64,000 bases of DNA from an uncultured delta proteobacterium (GTDB taxonomy: Bacteria; Desulfobacterota; Desulfobacteria; Desulfobacterales; Desulfatirhabdiaceae), in assembly GCA_963789395.1 (NCBI GenBank), contig CAWBKP010000022.1, forward strand, positions 1-64,000, read 5' to 3'. A model generated the notes under the pieces. It worked only from the letters and a program-made list of their open reading frames with translations, made no database searches and had not been told where the DNA came from. A program made the position numbers and the translations under genes. This document shows positions 8,703-17,637 of this stretch, piece by piece (position 1 is the stretch's first letter; each line of letters starts with the position of its first letter).

Positions 8703-11354
8703 ATGGTGAAAGCGATGCAAAAGACAAAAATATTGTGTCTGGTCGTTCTGGTCAACATGGCCATCTGGCTGGCGTTTAATCGTCCTGCCCCCCTGGTTTC
8801 GTCTTGGACCGACAAGATAGAGGGCGTCTCTTTCAGCCCTTATCATAAGGGGCAGAATCCTATGGATAATAAATATCCATTTCCAGATCAGATTGATGGC
8901 GATCTGAAAATGATCCGGGGAGTAACGCGAAGCGTCCGCAGTTATTCTTCGCTGGACGGGTTTGAGAATATTCCGGGTATGGCGGTTCGTTACGGGTTGA
9001 GTGTAACGGCCGGCGCCTGGCTGGATCAGGACAAAGACAAGAATGAAAGGGAAATTCGAAATCTGATTCGAAACGCCCGGACCTATACGTCTACGGTTCC
9101 GCGGGTCATTGTGGGCAATGAAGCAGTTCTACGAGGGGACTTGAAGGTCAAGGAGCTGATTGAATACATCCGCAGAGTGCGTGAACAGGTTCCCTGTCCG
9201 GTCAGCACGGCCGAACCCTGGGACGTATGGATCAACAACCCCGAACTGGCAAGGAATGTGGACTATATTGCCATTCACATCCTTCCCTATTGGGAAAAAA
9301 TTCCTCTGGAGCATTCCCTGAATTGGGTAGTGGACCGCTACCGACAGGTTCAGCAGGCTTATCCGGATAAACACGTGCTGCTGGCGGAAGTGGGCTGGCC
9401 CAGTCACGGGGAGCGCCGGGGTCCGGCAAAGCCCAGTACGGTCAACGAAGCCCTCTTTCTACGTGCGTTCTTTAATGTGGCCGCGGACCTCAAGATTGAT
9501 TATTTTATTATGGAAGCCTTTGATCAACCCTGGAAAGTGGATCTGGAAGGGGTCATGGGGGCTCACTGGGGGCTGTTTGACAAGGATCGAAATCTGAAAA
9601 TCGCTCTTGAAGGCCCTGTGAAAGCGGTTTCGCCGATTCCCCTGCCGCTGGTGCTGTCCTTTCTGCTGGCGATCATCCCCTTGTCCATGTATCTGCGCAA
9701 TAATCAGGATCAACCGTTCACCGGCCAGCTTTTCTTTGCCATGGTTATTCAACTGAGTATATCCGCAGTCGTGTGGATAGCTTCCACGCCGTGGATTCAC
9801 GATTTGCTGCCGACCGAAACCCTGATCTGGGGGCTCTTGCTTCCGCTGCAGGTCGGTCTTCTGGTGGTGGTTCTGATCAATGGATTTGAGATGGCGGAAA
9901 TGCTCTGGCCGGCAGGGCTTAAACGCAGGTTTCATCCGCTGGTTCCGGAAAATGGCAGAGATTTTCCCAAGGTTTCATTGCATTTGGCTATCTGCAATGA
10001 ACCCCCGGACATGGTTGCCAAGACCCTGGACAGTCTGAATCAGATAGATTATCCGAATTATGAAGTACTGGTGCTGGACAACAACACGCTGGATGCCGAT
10101 GTATGGGAACCGGTCCGGGATTATTGCGAAAAACTGGGCGCCAAGTTCCGGTTTTTCCATCTGGGGAAATGGCCGGGATTCAAAGCCGGGGCCTTGAACT
10201 TCGGGCTGAGCGTGACGGCTCCGGATGCTTCAATTGTCGGCATTGTCGACAGTGACTACATCGTCCGCCCGGACTGGCTCAAATCGCTCATTCCCTATTT
10301 TGACAAGTCAAGAGTGGGTTTTGTCCAGGCCCCGCAGGATCACCGGGAATGGCAGGGCAGTTTTTTCAAGGAAATGTTAAATTTTGAATACCATGGTTTT
10401 TTTCAGATCGGCATGATCCACCGGAATGAGCGTGATGCCATTATTCAGCACGGGACGATGACCCTGATTCGCAAACAGGCGCTTTTGGATGTCGGCAACT
10501 GGGCGGAGTGGTGTATCTGTGAGGATTCCGAACTGGGTTTGAGGCTGATGAATGCGGGGTTTGAATCCGTTTATGTCAGCGAAAGCTTTGGCCATGGTTT
10601 GACGCCTGACTCATTTGCCGGTTACAAACGGCAACGGTTCCGATGGGCATATGGTGCGGTTCAGATTATCAGACGACACTGGAAATCATTTTTGCCCTGG
10701 AACGCCCAATCCGGCCTGACCGCCGGGCAGAAATATCATTTTGCAACAGGCTGGTTTCCCTGGTTCGGGGATGCGTTCAACGTCATTATCACCTGGGCGA
10801 CCCTGCTCTGGGTTGCGGGGGTCATTGTACTTCCCCGGTATTTTGGTCAGCCGCTATACATTCTGCTGCTTCCGGCCCTTGGCGTTTTTGTTTTCCGACT
10901 GCTTCATTTCTTCTGGCTGTATAAGTCGCGGGTCGGCTGTACGCTGAAACAACGGATTGGTGCGGCCATCGCCGGAATGGCCCTGAGCCATACGATTGGA
11001 AAGGCCATGCTTACCGGTCTGGTCTCATCAGACAAACCATTCCTACGCACGCCGAAATGTGAAAATCAGCGTGCTGTCATTAAGGGCGTGTTGATGGCAT
11101 GGGAAGAAATGCTCATCTTTATGACATTTTGTCTGTCATCCGCGGCTATCATCAACAGGCATGGCACCGATAATCCTGAAATCCTTCTCTGGGTCGGCGT
11201 GATGCTCATTCAATCGCTGCCTTACGGGGCCGCGCTGTTAACGTCCATGATCAACGTGATTCCGGCGCTGGCACCCAAGACCATGTTCCGGCAGGTTTTT
11301 GCGCCCCGCAAGATGGGCCTTCGCTTTTTTACCAATCGGGCTGAAAATGGATAA
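8703..11354 (+). CDS. ndvB: GH17-GT2 fusion, NdvB-like periplasmic beta-1,3-glucan synthase
   Basis: GH17 motifs VIVGNEAVLR, VSTAEPW, HILPYWE, EVGWPS and EAFDQPWK; TM block; GT2 motifs GFKAGALN, DSD, QAPQD, CEDSELG and QRFRW. Same architecture as Pseudomonas NdvB. Confidence 0.82.
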   Translation: MVKAMQKTKILCLVVLVNMAIWLAFNRPAPLVSSWTDKIEGVSFSPYHKGQNPMDNKYPFPDQIDGDLKMIRGVTRSVRSYSSLDGFENIPGMAVRYGLSVTAGAWLDQDKDKNEREIRNLIRNARTYTSTVPRVIVGNEAVLRGDLKVKELIEYIRRVREQVPCPVSTAEPWDVWINNPELARNVDYIAIHILPYWEKIPLEHSLNWVVDRYRQVQQAYPDKHVLLAEVGWPSHGERRGPAKPSTVNEALFLRAFFNVAADLKIDYFIMEAFDQPWKVDLEGVMGAHWGLFDKDRNLKIALEGPVKAVSPIPLPLVLSFLLAIIPLSMYLRNNQDQPFTGQLFFAMVIQLSISAVVWIASTPWIHDLLPTETLIWGLLLPLQVGLLVVVLINGFEMAEMLWPAGLKRRFHPLVPENGRDFPKVSLHLAICNEPPDMVAKTLDSLNQIDYPNYEVLVLDNNTLDADVWEPVRDYCEKLGAKFRFFHLGKWPGFKAGALNFGLSVTAPDASIVGIVDSDYIVRPDWLKSLIPYFDKSRVGFVQAPQDHREWQGSFFKEMLNFEYHGFFQIGMIHRNERDAIIQHGTMTLIRKQALLDVGNWAEWCICEDSELGLRLMNAGFESVYVSESFGHGLTPDSFAGYKRQRFRWAYGAVQIIRRHWKSFLPWNAQSGLTAGQKYHFATGWFPWFGDAFNVIITWATLLWVAGVIVLPRYFGQPLYILLLPALGVFVFRLLHFFWLYKSRVGCTLKQRIGAAIAGMALSHTIGKAMLTGLVSSDKPFLRTPKCENQRAVIKGVLMAWEEMLIFMTFCLSSAAIINRHGTDNPEILLWVGVMLIQSLPYGAALLTSMINVIPALAPKTMFRQVFAPRKMGLRFFTNRAENG

Positions 11355-11486
11355 ACAATGGTAAAGCGGTAAGGCGGAGATTTTGTCAAACTGTCGTTTT
11401 TTTCATGGCCATTAAATTTTATATTGACAGAACCGGCTTGATACAATAAATATATCGAGTTTAGATTACCTTATTAGGAGAGACTC

Positions 11487-11927
11487 GTGAAAAAATATAC
11501 TTACAGTGCAAAAGAATCGGATAACCCGGGCAAATGGTTTGTGGTTGACGCCAAGGATGCCGTACTGGGAAGGCTGGCATCCTCTATTGCCGCCCGTCTC
11601 AGGGGAAAATGCAACCCCTTGTTTACCCCCCATGCGGACATGGGAGACTGGATCGTGGTTATCAATGCGGATAAAATCGTCCTTACCGGCAGAAAATGGA
11701 CGCAGAAGACATATTACCGTCATAGCGGGTACACCGGCGGTTTAAAGGAAATCACGGCGGAAAAATTGCTCCTCAAGAAGCCCGAGGACATCATCCGTTT
11801 TGCCGTAAAAGGCATGCTGCCCAAGAACAGTCTCGGCGGAAAAATGCTGAGCAAATTGAAGGTTTATGCCGGAGAAAGCCATCCGCATGAAGCCCAGCAG
11901 CCTGTTGACCTCTCGATATTAAAATAA
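11487..11927 (+). CDS. rplM: 50S ribosomal protein L13
   Basis: W.VVDA...[26 protein letters not shown] and [11 protein letters not shown] start with AGGAG RBS. Confidence 0.98.
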   Translation: MKKYTYSAKESDNPGKWFVVDAKDAVLGRLASSIAARLRGKCNPLFTPHADMGDWIVVINADKIVLTGRKWTQKTYYRHSGYTGGLKEITAEKLLLKKPEDIIRFAVKGMLPKNSLGGKMLSKLKVYAGESHPHEAQQPVDLSILK

Positions 11928-11951
11928 ACTTTTTATAAAACCGGGGAAAAT

Positions 11952-12347
11952 ATGGATAAAGAAAATGTATACTATGCCACTGGAAGGCGTAAAAGCGCTA
12001 TTGCCAGAACATGGTTAAGACCCGGAAAAGGGATCATCATGGTGAACGAAAAACCGGTTGATGATTATTTTTCCGTTGCAGCAGCCAAGGCAATGGTGGT
12101 GCAGCCGCTGATTCTGACCAACAATCTGGACTCTTTCGATGTTATGATCCGCGTTCTTGGCGGCGGCATTAACGGTCAGGCCGGAGCCATCCGGCACGGT
12201 ATCACACGCGCCCTGATGCTGGTGGATCCGGATCTCAGGCCGGCGTTGAAAAAAGCGGGTTTTGTCACCCGAGACCCAAGGGTCAAAGAACGGAAAAAAT
12301 ACGGCCAGCGCGGAGCCCGCGCCCGATATCAGTTCTCGAAACGCTAA
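11952..12347 (+). CDS. rpsI: 30S ribosomal protein S9
   Basis: [26 protein letters not shown] and [12 protein letters not shown]...QFSKR. Confidence 0.98.
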   Translation: MDKENVYYATGRRKSAIARTWLRPGKGIIMVNEKPVDDYFSVAAAKAMVVQPLILTNNLDSFDVMIRVLGGGINGQAGAIRHGITRALMLVDPDLRPALKKAGFVTRDPRVKERKKYGQRGARARYQFSKR

Positions 12348-12375
12348 ACCGCTCTTCGCCGGAGTGCGGATTTCA

Positions 12376-12417
12376 ACACAAAAAGGGAGTTGCTGTCACG
12401 CGATTCCCTTTTTGTGT
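12376..12417 (+). terminator. Intrinsic (likely bidirectional) terminator of rplM-rpsI
   Basis: ACACAAAAAGGGAGTTGC, loop TGTCAC, GCGATTCCCTTTTTGTGT inverted repeat. Confidence 0.8.
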
Positions 12418-12662
12418 TTGCATGCAAGTTGTCATAAAATCGGCGATACTTTGGATATCCAAGGCAAAACGCCATCCTGCTGTGTTTCATATTACCATGA
12501 TGATTTTCTCGTCAAAAACCGTCAGTTGTTGCAATCTCTTTGATCTTAACCGGTGCGTGTTTTCCATACTGCCAACGCCATGCCGGTTCTCGGTTGCCGG
12601 GGTAGTGTCTGAAAGGTGATCCTTTCTCTTCAGTTTCCTGCGTATTGAATGATCCGGCGGGG

Positions 12663-12690
12663 TTGACATTTCATCAGTAAATAGTACCCT
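12663..12690 (+). promoter_or_regulatory. Candidate sigma70 promoter of the TPR gene
   Basis: TTGACA, 16 nt, TACCCT. Confidence 0.4.
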
Positions 12691-12749
12691 GTAATACGTA
12701 ATCTGAGTGTTAAGTTTACAAAAAAAATCATTATTAAGGATTATCCCGT

Positions 12750-13382
12750 ATGGAAAAAGCAAAAAATGCCGAAGAATATATTGCCGTTCAGCGATCGGCC
12801 ATTGCCAGGAATCCCGAATGCGGCACCTCTCACTATAATCTGGCGGTGGGGTTGCTTGGACAGCGCAAATTCGAAGAGGCGGAAGAGGAACTGAGATGCG
12901 CCATTGAATGCAGTCCTGGCCTGGCTGAAGCCTATGTTCAACTTGGCGGCATCTATCTGAACCGCGGGGATCTGGAAGGGTGTCTGGCATATAACCGTCA
13001 GGCCGTAAAAGCCAGGCCCGGTTTTTCAGAAGGATATGGCAATATCGGTTTTGTGGAACTGCAGCGCGGCAACATTGATGAAGCCATCACCGCACTGGAA
13101 AGGGCGACGCATTTTAATTTCCGCTATCTTCAGGCGTTTGCAACGCTTGCCAATGCCTATCTGATGAAGGGGCTGCTCGAAAAGTGCATCGAGACCAATT
13201 TGAAGGCGCTGAAGCTGGAACCAGATTTTGCAGTTGTGCATAACAATCTGGCAATCGCTTATCTGGAAACCGGAGACAACGACCTGGCCATCGCACATTG
13301 CGACAAGGCGATTGAACTGGGATACGAAGTGGCGCCAGAGATTCGTACTGAAATAGACCTGCTTCGCCGGAAAACGTCCTGA
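12750..13382 (+). CDS. Cytoplasmic tetratricopeptide-repeat protein
   Basis: About five TPR units (SHYNLAV, AYVQLGG, GYGNIG, AFATLAN, VHNNLAIAY); no signal peptide; stop overlaps the next start (TGATG). Confidence 0.88.
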   Translation: MEKAKNAEEYIAVQRSAIARNPECGTSHYNLAVGLLGQRKFEEAEEELRCAIECSPGLAEAYVQLGGIYLNRGDLEGCLAYNRQAVKARPGFSEGYGNIGFVELQRGNIDEAITALERATHFNFRYLQAFATLANAYLMKGLLEKCIETNLKALKLEPDFAVVHNNLAIAYLETGDNDLAIAHCDKAIELGYEVAPEIRTEIDLLRRKTS

Positions 13383-14578
13383 TGCATTCAGGCGGAAGGA
13401 CTACGCCTTCTGAAACGATATCGGCTGGGACTGTAACGGTATTTTTCAGATATTTTCTTTCTTCTGCTTCTGAAGCTGTCGAAGAAGACGGCATCCTCTG
13501 GCGTTCGCCATTCCCGTTAACCCGAAATCCGCAGCAAACCGGGGAAGATGAGCCATCCGGGCTGACCTACGGAGACTATTTCAAGGCAGTTCGCCAGTTT
13601 CTTGTAAACCGCCAGTTCAGTGTGCTTATCTCTGCAATTACCGATGTATGGCAACAGTCTTTCAGGGCGCGGGATATAGATACGATTGACATCTTTCTGG
13701 TAAAGCACGGTCAGTTTTATCACCCTTCTCGGGTCGAGGTGCTGGCAAACGGGCGGGCTTTTTCTTTCGTGGTAAATGCCGCGCTTTCTTTTTCCGGAAA
13801 AAGCTGCATCAAACGGGAATTTGATTTGTTGAACCGTTTGCGCCTGACACCGTCCGGCGGTTATCTTCCGAGAGTTTATGGCTATGGAGAGGTGGTGCTG
13901 ACAAACGAGCGGAAGGTGATGCTTTTTCTTGGGGAATGGTTTGATGATTTCCATGAATTTCACGTTTCTCTGGATCCTGAGGATCAGCAGTATAAAATAC
14001 GGGTATGGTATAGCCATGAAGCTCACGGGTATCTGACGCCCGGACAGACCCTGGAGCTGTACCGGCAAATTGCTGAGACTTTAACCGGTTGTTATAATCC
14101 GGAATCCTTTGAACAGGTCTTTGCCTGGCATCATGCCGCAGGGGATTTTGTTGTCAAGACTGCCGACAGCTCGCTGTGCATCAAGCTCATTACGGTACGG
14201 CAGTTCGGCGCGCTTCTTGAAACCCCGGACAAGGATGAAAACACGCATCTGGAAGCCATGCTCTTTTTCCTGGTCAATCTGTCCATACGCACCCGGCTTG
14301 ACAGGCTTGACGGAGTCGGAGAGGTGACGTGGGCAGCTCTGCCGGCGGTTCAAGGGACAGTGCAGGGGGTTATGGACGGGCTATCGGTAAAAATACCGCG
14401 CTGGGATTTGCGATTCAAGGAATACCTTGGGGCTGTTTCTATTTTGGATTTGAGAGAAATCTGTGAAGCGATTGCAGACTCTTACAACCCGCTTGCACCG
14501 GAGCTTCCGATTGTTCGGGAGCATCTGGCTGACCATGCCGCCGAAGTGTATGCATTGCTGACGGAATATTCAGGTTGA
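13382..14578 (+). CDS. Hypothetical protein upstream of dsrA, possible kinase-like fold
   Basis: 398-aa ORF translationally coupled to the TPR gene; motifs KHGQFYHPSRV, KREFDLL..L...LPRVYG, WHHAAGDFVV and LSIRTRLDRLDGVG. Confidence 0.7.
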   Translation: MHSGGRTTPSETISAGTVTVFFRYFLSSASEAVEEDGILWRSPFPLTRNPQQTGEDEPSGLTYGDYFKAVRQFLVNRQFSVLISAITDVWQQSFRARDIDTIDIFLVKHGQFYHPSRVEVLANGRAFSFVVNAALSFSGKSCIKREFDLLNRLRLTPSGGYLPRVYGYGEVVLTNERKVMLFLGEWFDDFHEFHVSLDPEDQQYKIRVWYSHEAHGYLTPGQTLELYRQIAETLTGCYNPESFEQVFAWHHAAGDFVVKTADSSLCIKLITVRQFGALLETPDKDENTHLEAMLFFLVNLSIRTRLDRLDGVGEVTWAALPAVQGTVQGVMDGLSVKIPRWDLRFKEYLGAVSILDLREICEAIADSYNPLAPELPIVREHLADHAAEVYALLTEYSG

Positions 14579-14613
14579 AAGCCGTCATTGCTCCATAAGC
14601 CTTACCTTTTTCA

Positions 14614-14642
14614 TTGACAAATATCAGGATTGATTTTATATC
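14614..14642 (+). promoter_or_regulatory. Candidate sigma70 promoter of dsrABDN
   Basis: TTGACA, 17 nt, TATATC in an AT-rich intergenic region. Confidence 0.55.
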
Positions 14643-14714
14643 TTTTCCTTGATTAAAAAATTTTAAGGTGACATACCTTTTCATTATCAGCCAATCAACA
14701 TGTATTTTGAAAGG

Positions 14715-14732
14715 AGGTGACTTAACTCACCT
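14715..14732. promoter_or_regulatory. 18-bp palindrome (GTGA-N6-TCAC) in the dsrA leader; candidate Rex or CRP/FNR-family operator
   Basis: AGGTGACTTAACTCACCT, 16 of 18 positions self-complementary. Confidence 0.45.
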
Positions 14733-14817
14733 GGTTCGGGCATTACCCGGTTCGGGTAAATTCAGTTTTTGGTATCGGTAAAGGTTTATTTAATATTAAT
14801 CATACTGGAGGTAAACG

Positions 14818-16131
14818 ATGGCAAAACATGCAACCCCATTGTTGGACCAGCTTGAATCCGGCCCATGGCCGAGTTGGGTGTCCGACATAAAGCAGGAAGC
14901 TGAGACAAGAGCCAAAAATGTTAATGGAATTGAATACCAGATTCCTGTAGATGTTTGCGAAGATGTTCTGGGCTTGATGGAACTGACGTATGTGCAGAAA
15001 AGAACTCACTGGAAACACGGCGGCATCGTCGGCGTTTTCGGTTACGGCGGCGGCGTTATCGGCAGATATTGCGATCAGCCGCAGCAATTTCCCGGTGTTG
15101 CGCATTTTCACACCGTTCGCGTCAGCCAGCCGGCCGGCAAATACTATACTTCAAAATATCTGAAAGACATCTGTGACCTGTGGGAACGGCGCGGCAGCGG
15201 TCTGACCAATATGCACGGCTCCACCGGCGATATCATTTTTATCGGCACCACAACGCCGCAGCTCGAAGAGATATTTTATGAATTGACCCACAACCTGAAT
15301 CAGGACCTTGGCGGATCCGGCTCCAACCTGCGGACCCCGTCGGACTGCATCGGTTCCTCCCGCTGCGAATATGCCTGTTATGATACCCAGTCCCTTTGCC
15401 ATGCCATGACCCTGGACTATCAGGACGAGCTGCATCGCCCTGCTTTCCCATATAAATTTAAATTCAAATTTGACGGCTGCCCCAACTGCTGTGTGGCCTC
15501 TATTGCCCGTTCAGACATGTCCTTTATCGGAACCTGGAGAGATGATATCCGTATCGATCAGAAAGCGGTTCAGGCCTATATCGGCGGCGAGCTCAAACCC
15601 AATGCAGGCGCACATTCCGGCCGCGACTGGGGAAAATTCGACATTGCCAAAGAAGTAATTGACCTTTGCCCGACCAAATGCATGTGGATGGATGGCGGAA
15701 AACTGGTCATCGACAACAAGGAATGCACCCGCTGCATGCACTGCATCAACGTCATGCCCAGAGCCCTGCGCATCGGGCAAGACACGGGTCTGTCAATTCT
15801 GGTCGGCGCCAAGGCTCCGATTCTGGATGGCGCCCAGATGGGCTCTCTGCTGGTTCCGTTCATCAAGGTTGAAGAACCCTATGATGAAATCAAGGAAGTC
15901 ATTGAAAGCGTCTGGGATTGGTGGATGGAAGAAGGAAAGAACCGCGAACGTTTGGGCGAGTTGATCAAACGTCAGGGTTTCCAGAAGCTGCTTGAAGTCA
16001 CCAATATCGAAGCCATGCCGCAGCATGTCAAGGAACCGCGTCACAATCCGTATATTTTCTGGAGAGAAGACGAGGTCGAGGGCGGATTTGAACGGGAAAT
16101 CACCGAATTCAGAAAACACCATCAGAGATAG
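14818..16131 (+). CDS. dsrA: Dissimilatory sulfite reductase alpha subunit
   Basis: MAKHATPLLDQLESGPWPS, THWKHGGIVGVFGYGGGVIGRY, CIGSSRC...GCPNCC siroheme-[4Fe-4S] ligands and a ferredoxin insert. Confidence 0.99.
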   Translation: MAKHATPLLDQLESGPWPSWVSDIKQEAETRAKNVNGIEYQIPVDVCEDVLGLMELTYVQKRTHWKHGGIVGVFGYGGGVIGRYCDQPQQFPGVAHFHTVRVSQPAGKYYTSKYLKDICDLWERRGSGLTNMHGSTGDIIFIGTTTPQLEEIFYELTHNLNQDLGGSGSNLRTPSDCIGSSRCEYACYDTQSLCHAMTLDYQDELHRPAFPYKFKFKFDGCPNCCVASIARSDMSFIGTWRDDIRIDQKAVQAYIGGELKPNAGAHSGRDWGKFDIAKEVIDLCPTKCMWMDGGKLVIDNKECTRCMHCINVMPRALRIGQDTGLSILVGAKAPILDGAQMGSLLVPFIKVEEPYDEIKEVIESVWDWWMEEGKNRERLGELIKRQGFQKLLEVTNIEAMPQHVKEPRHNPYIFWREDEVEGGFEREITEFRKHHQR

Positions 16132-16143
16132 GGGGTAACAACA

Positions 16144-17292
16144 ATGGCATTTATTTCATCAGGTTACAATCCTGACAAGCCGATGGAAAATAGAATAACG
16201 GACATTGGTCCACGGCATTTTGAAGAGTTCTATCCGCCGGTTATCAAGGCCAACAAGGGTAAATGGCTGTATCATGAAATTCTGGAACCCGGCGTTCTGG
16301 TTCATGTTTCAGAAACCGGCGATGAAGTGTATACGGTCCGGGCCGGTGGTGCACGCCTTATGAGCTGCACTCATATTCGCGAAATCTGTGAAATTGCTGA
16401 CAAACACTGCGACGGCTATGTCCGGTTTACCACCCGAAACAACATCGAGTTCATGGTGGATAACAAGAACAAGGTTGCCGCTCTGAAGGCGGATCTGGAA
16501 AGCCGGAAATTTGCCGGCGGTTCCTTCAAGTTTCCGGTCGGTGGCACCGGCGCGGGTATTACCAACATCGTTCACACCCAGGGATGGATTCACTGCCACA
16601 CCCCGGCAACCGATGCTTCCGGCCCGGTAAAGGCAACGATGGACGTTCTGTTTGACGACTTCAAATCCATGAGAATGCCCGCCCACCTGCGGGTGTCTCT
16701 GGCCTGCTGCCTGAACATGTGCGGCGCGGTTCACTGCTCGGATATCGCCATTCTGGGTTTTCACCGCAAACCGCCCATGCTGGACCACGAATACCTGGAC
16801 AAAATGTGCGAAATTCCGCTGGCAATCGCTGCCTGCCCGACTGCCGCCATTCGTCCATCAAAAGTCGAGTTGCCCGATGGCAAGACCGTCAACAGCGTTG
16901 CTGTTAAAAATGAACGGTGCATGTACTGCGGCAACTGCTACACCATGTGCCCGGCCATGCCGCTGGCTGATGATGAGGGTGACGGCATCGTTCTGATGGT
17001 GGGTGGAAAAGTCTCCAACCGCCTGAGCCGCCCGACGTTTTCAAAAGTCGTTGTGGCCTTTATTCCCAACGAAACCCCAAGGTGGCCGACCACGACAGCC
17101 ACAATCAAAAAAATCGTCGATGTATATGCATCCAATGCGAATAAATATGAACGTCTCGGGGAATGGGCCGAGCGGATTGGATGGGAAAGATTCTTTGAAA
17201 AATGCGAAATCCCGTTTACGCATCATCTTATCGATGACTTCCGGGATCCGGCCTATTATACCTGGCGTCACACGACGCAGTTCAAGTTTTAA
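16144..17292 (+). CDS. dsrB: Dissimilatory sulfite reductase beta subunit
   Basis: [46 protein letters not shown] and CMYCGNC. Confidence 0.99.
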   Translation: MAFISSGYNPDKPMENRITDIGPRHFEEFYPPVIKANKGKWLYHEILEPGVLVHVSETGDEVYTVRAGGARLMSCTHIREICEIADKHCDGYVRFTTRNNIEFMVDNKNKVAALKADLESRKFAGGSFKFPVGGTGAGITNIVHTQGWIHCHTPATDASGPVKATMDVLFDDFKSMRMPAHLRVSLACCLNMCGAVHCSDIAILGFHRKPPMLDHEYLDKMCEIPLAIAACPTAAIRPSKVELPDGKTVNSVAVKNERCMYCGNCYTMCPAMPLADDEGDGIVLMVGGKVSNRLSRPTFSKVVVAFIPNETPRWPTTTATIKKIVDVYASNANKYERLGEWAERIGWERFFEKCEIPFTHHLIDDFRDPAYYTWRHTTQFKF

Positions 17293-17305
17293 TTAGGCTC
17301 AATTA

Positions 17306-17335
17306 TCCGGCTGAGCGGATTCACCCTCAGCCGGA
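17306..17335 (+). other. Strong intercistronic stem-loop between dsrB and dsrD
   Basis: TCCGGCTGAG, 10-nt loop, CTCAGCCGGA: a perfect 10-bp stem with no U-tract. Confidence 0.6.
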
Positions 17336-17364
17336 ATCCAATTGTCAACAAAAGAGGCGAAGAA

Positions 17365-17607
17365 ATGGATAAAGAAGCTGGGAAAAAGGCCATTGTGGAA
17401 TATTTGACGAAAAAAGCAAAGTCAAAATCCAAATTTTATCTGAAAGATTTCTACGAAGTGATTCCCGAGGAAAAACCCCGGGATGTGAAGAACCTGGTCA
17501 ATGAAATGGTGAAAGACGGTACGCTGGAATACTGGTCAAGCGGCAGCACCACGATGATCGGTCTCAAGGGAACGGGAAAACAGGCTGCAGCTGAAGACGA
17601 AGCATAA
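17365..17607 (+). CDS. dsrD: Dissimilatory sulfite reductase D protein
   Basis: 80 aa, KSKFYLKDF and LEYWSSGSTTM; directly after dsrB. Confidence 0.96.
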   Translation: MDKEAGKKAIVEYLTKKAKSKSKFYLKDFYEVIPEEKPRDVKNLVNEMVKDGTLEYWSSGSTTMIGLKGTGKQAAAEDEA

Positions 17608-17637
17608 ATTCCGCTCTTTACTGAAAATGATTCGTCA

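Noticed and set aside
11424..11452. rplM promoter from TTGACA at 11424
   Set aside because: The hexamer at 17-nt spacing (TAAATA) is poor and TACAAT is only 12 nt away, so it cannot be placed with confidence.
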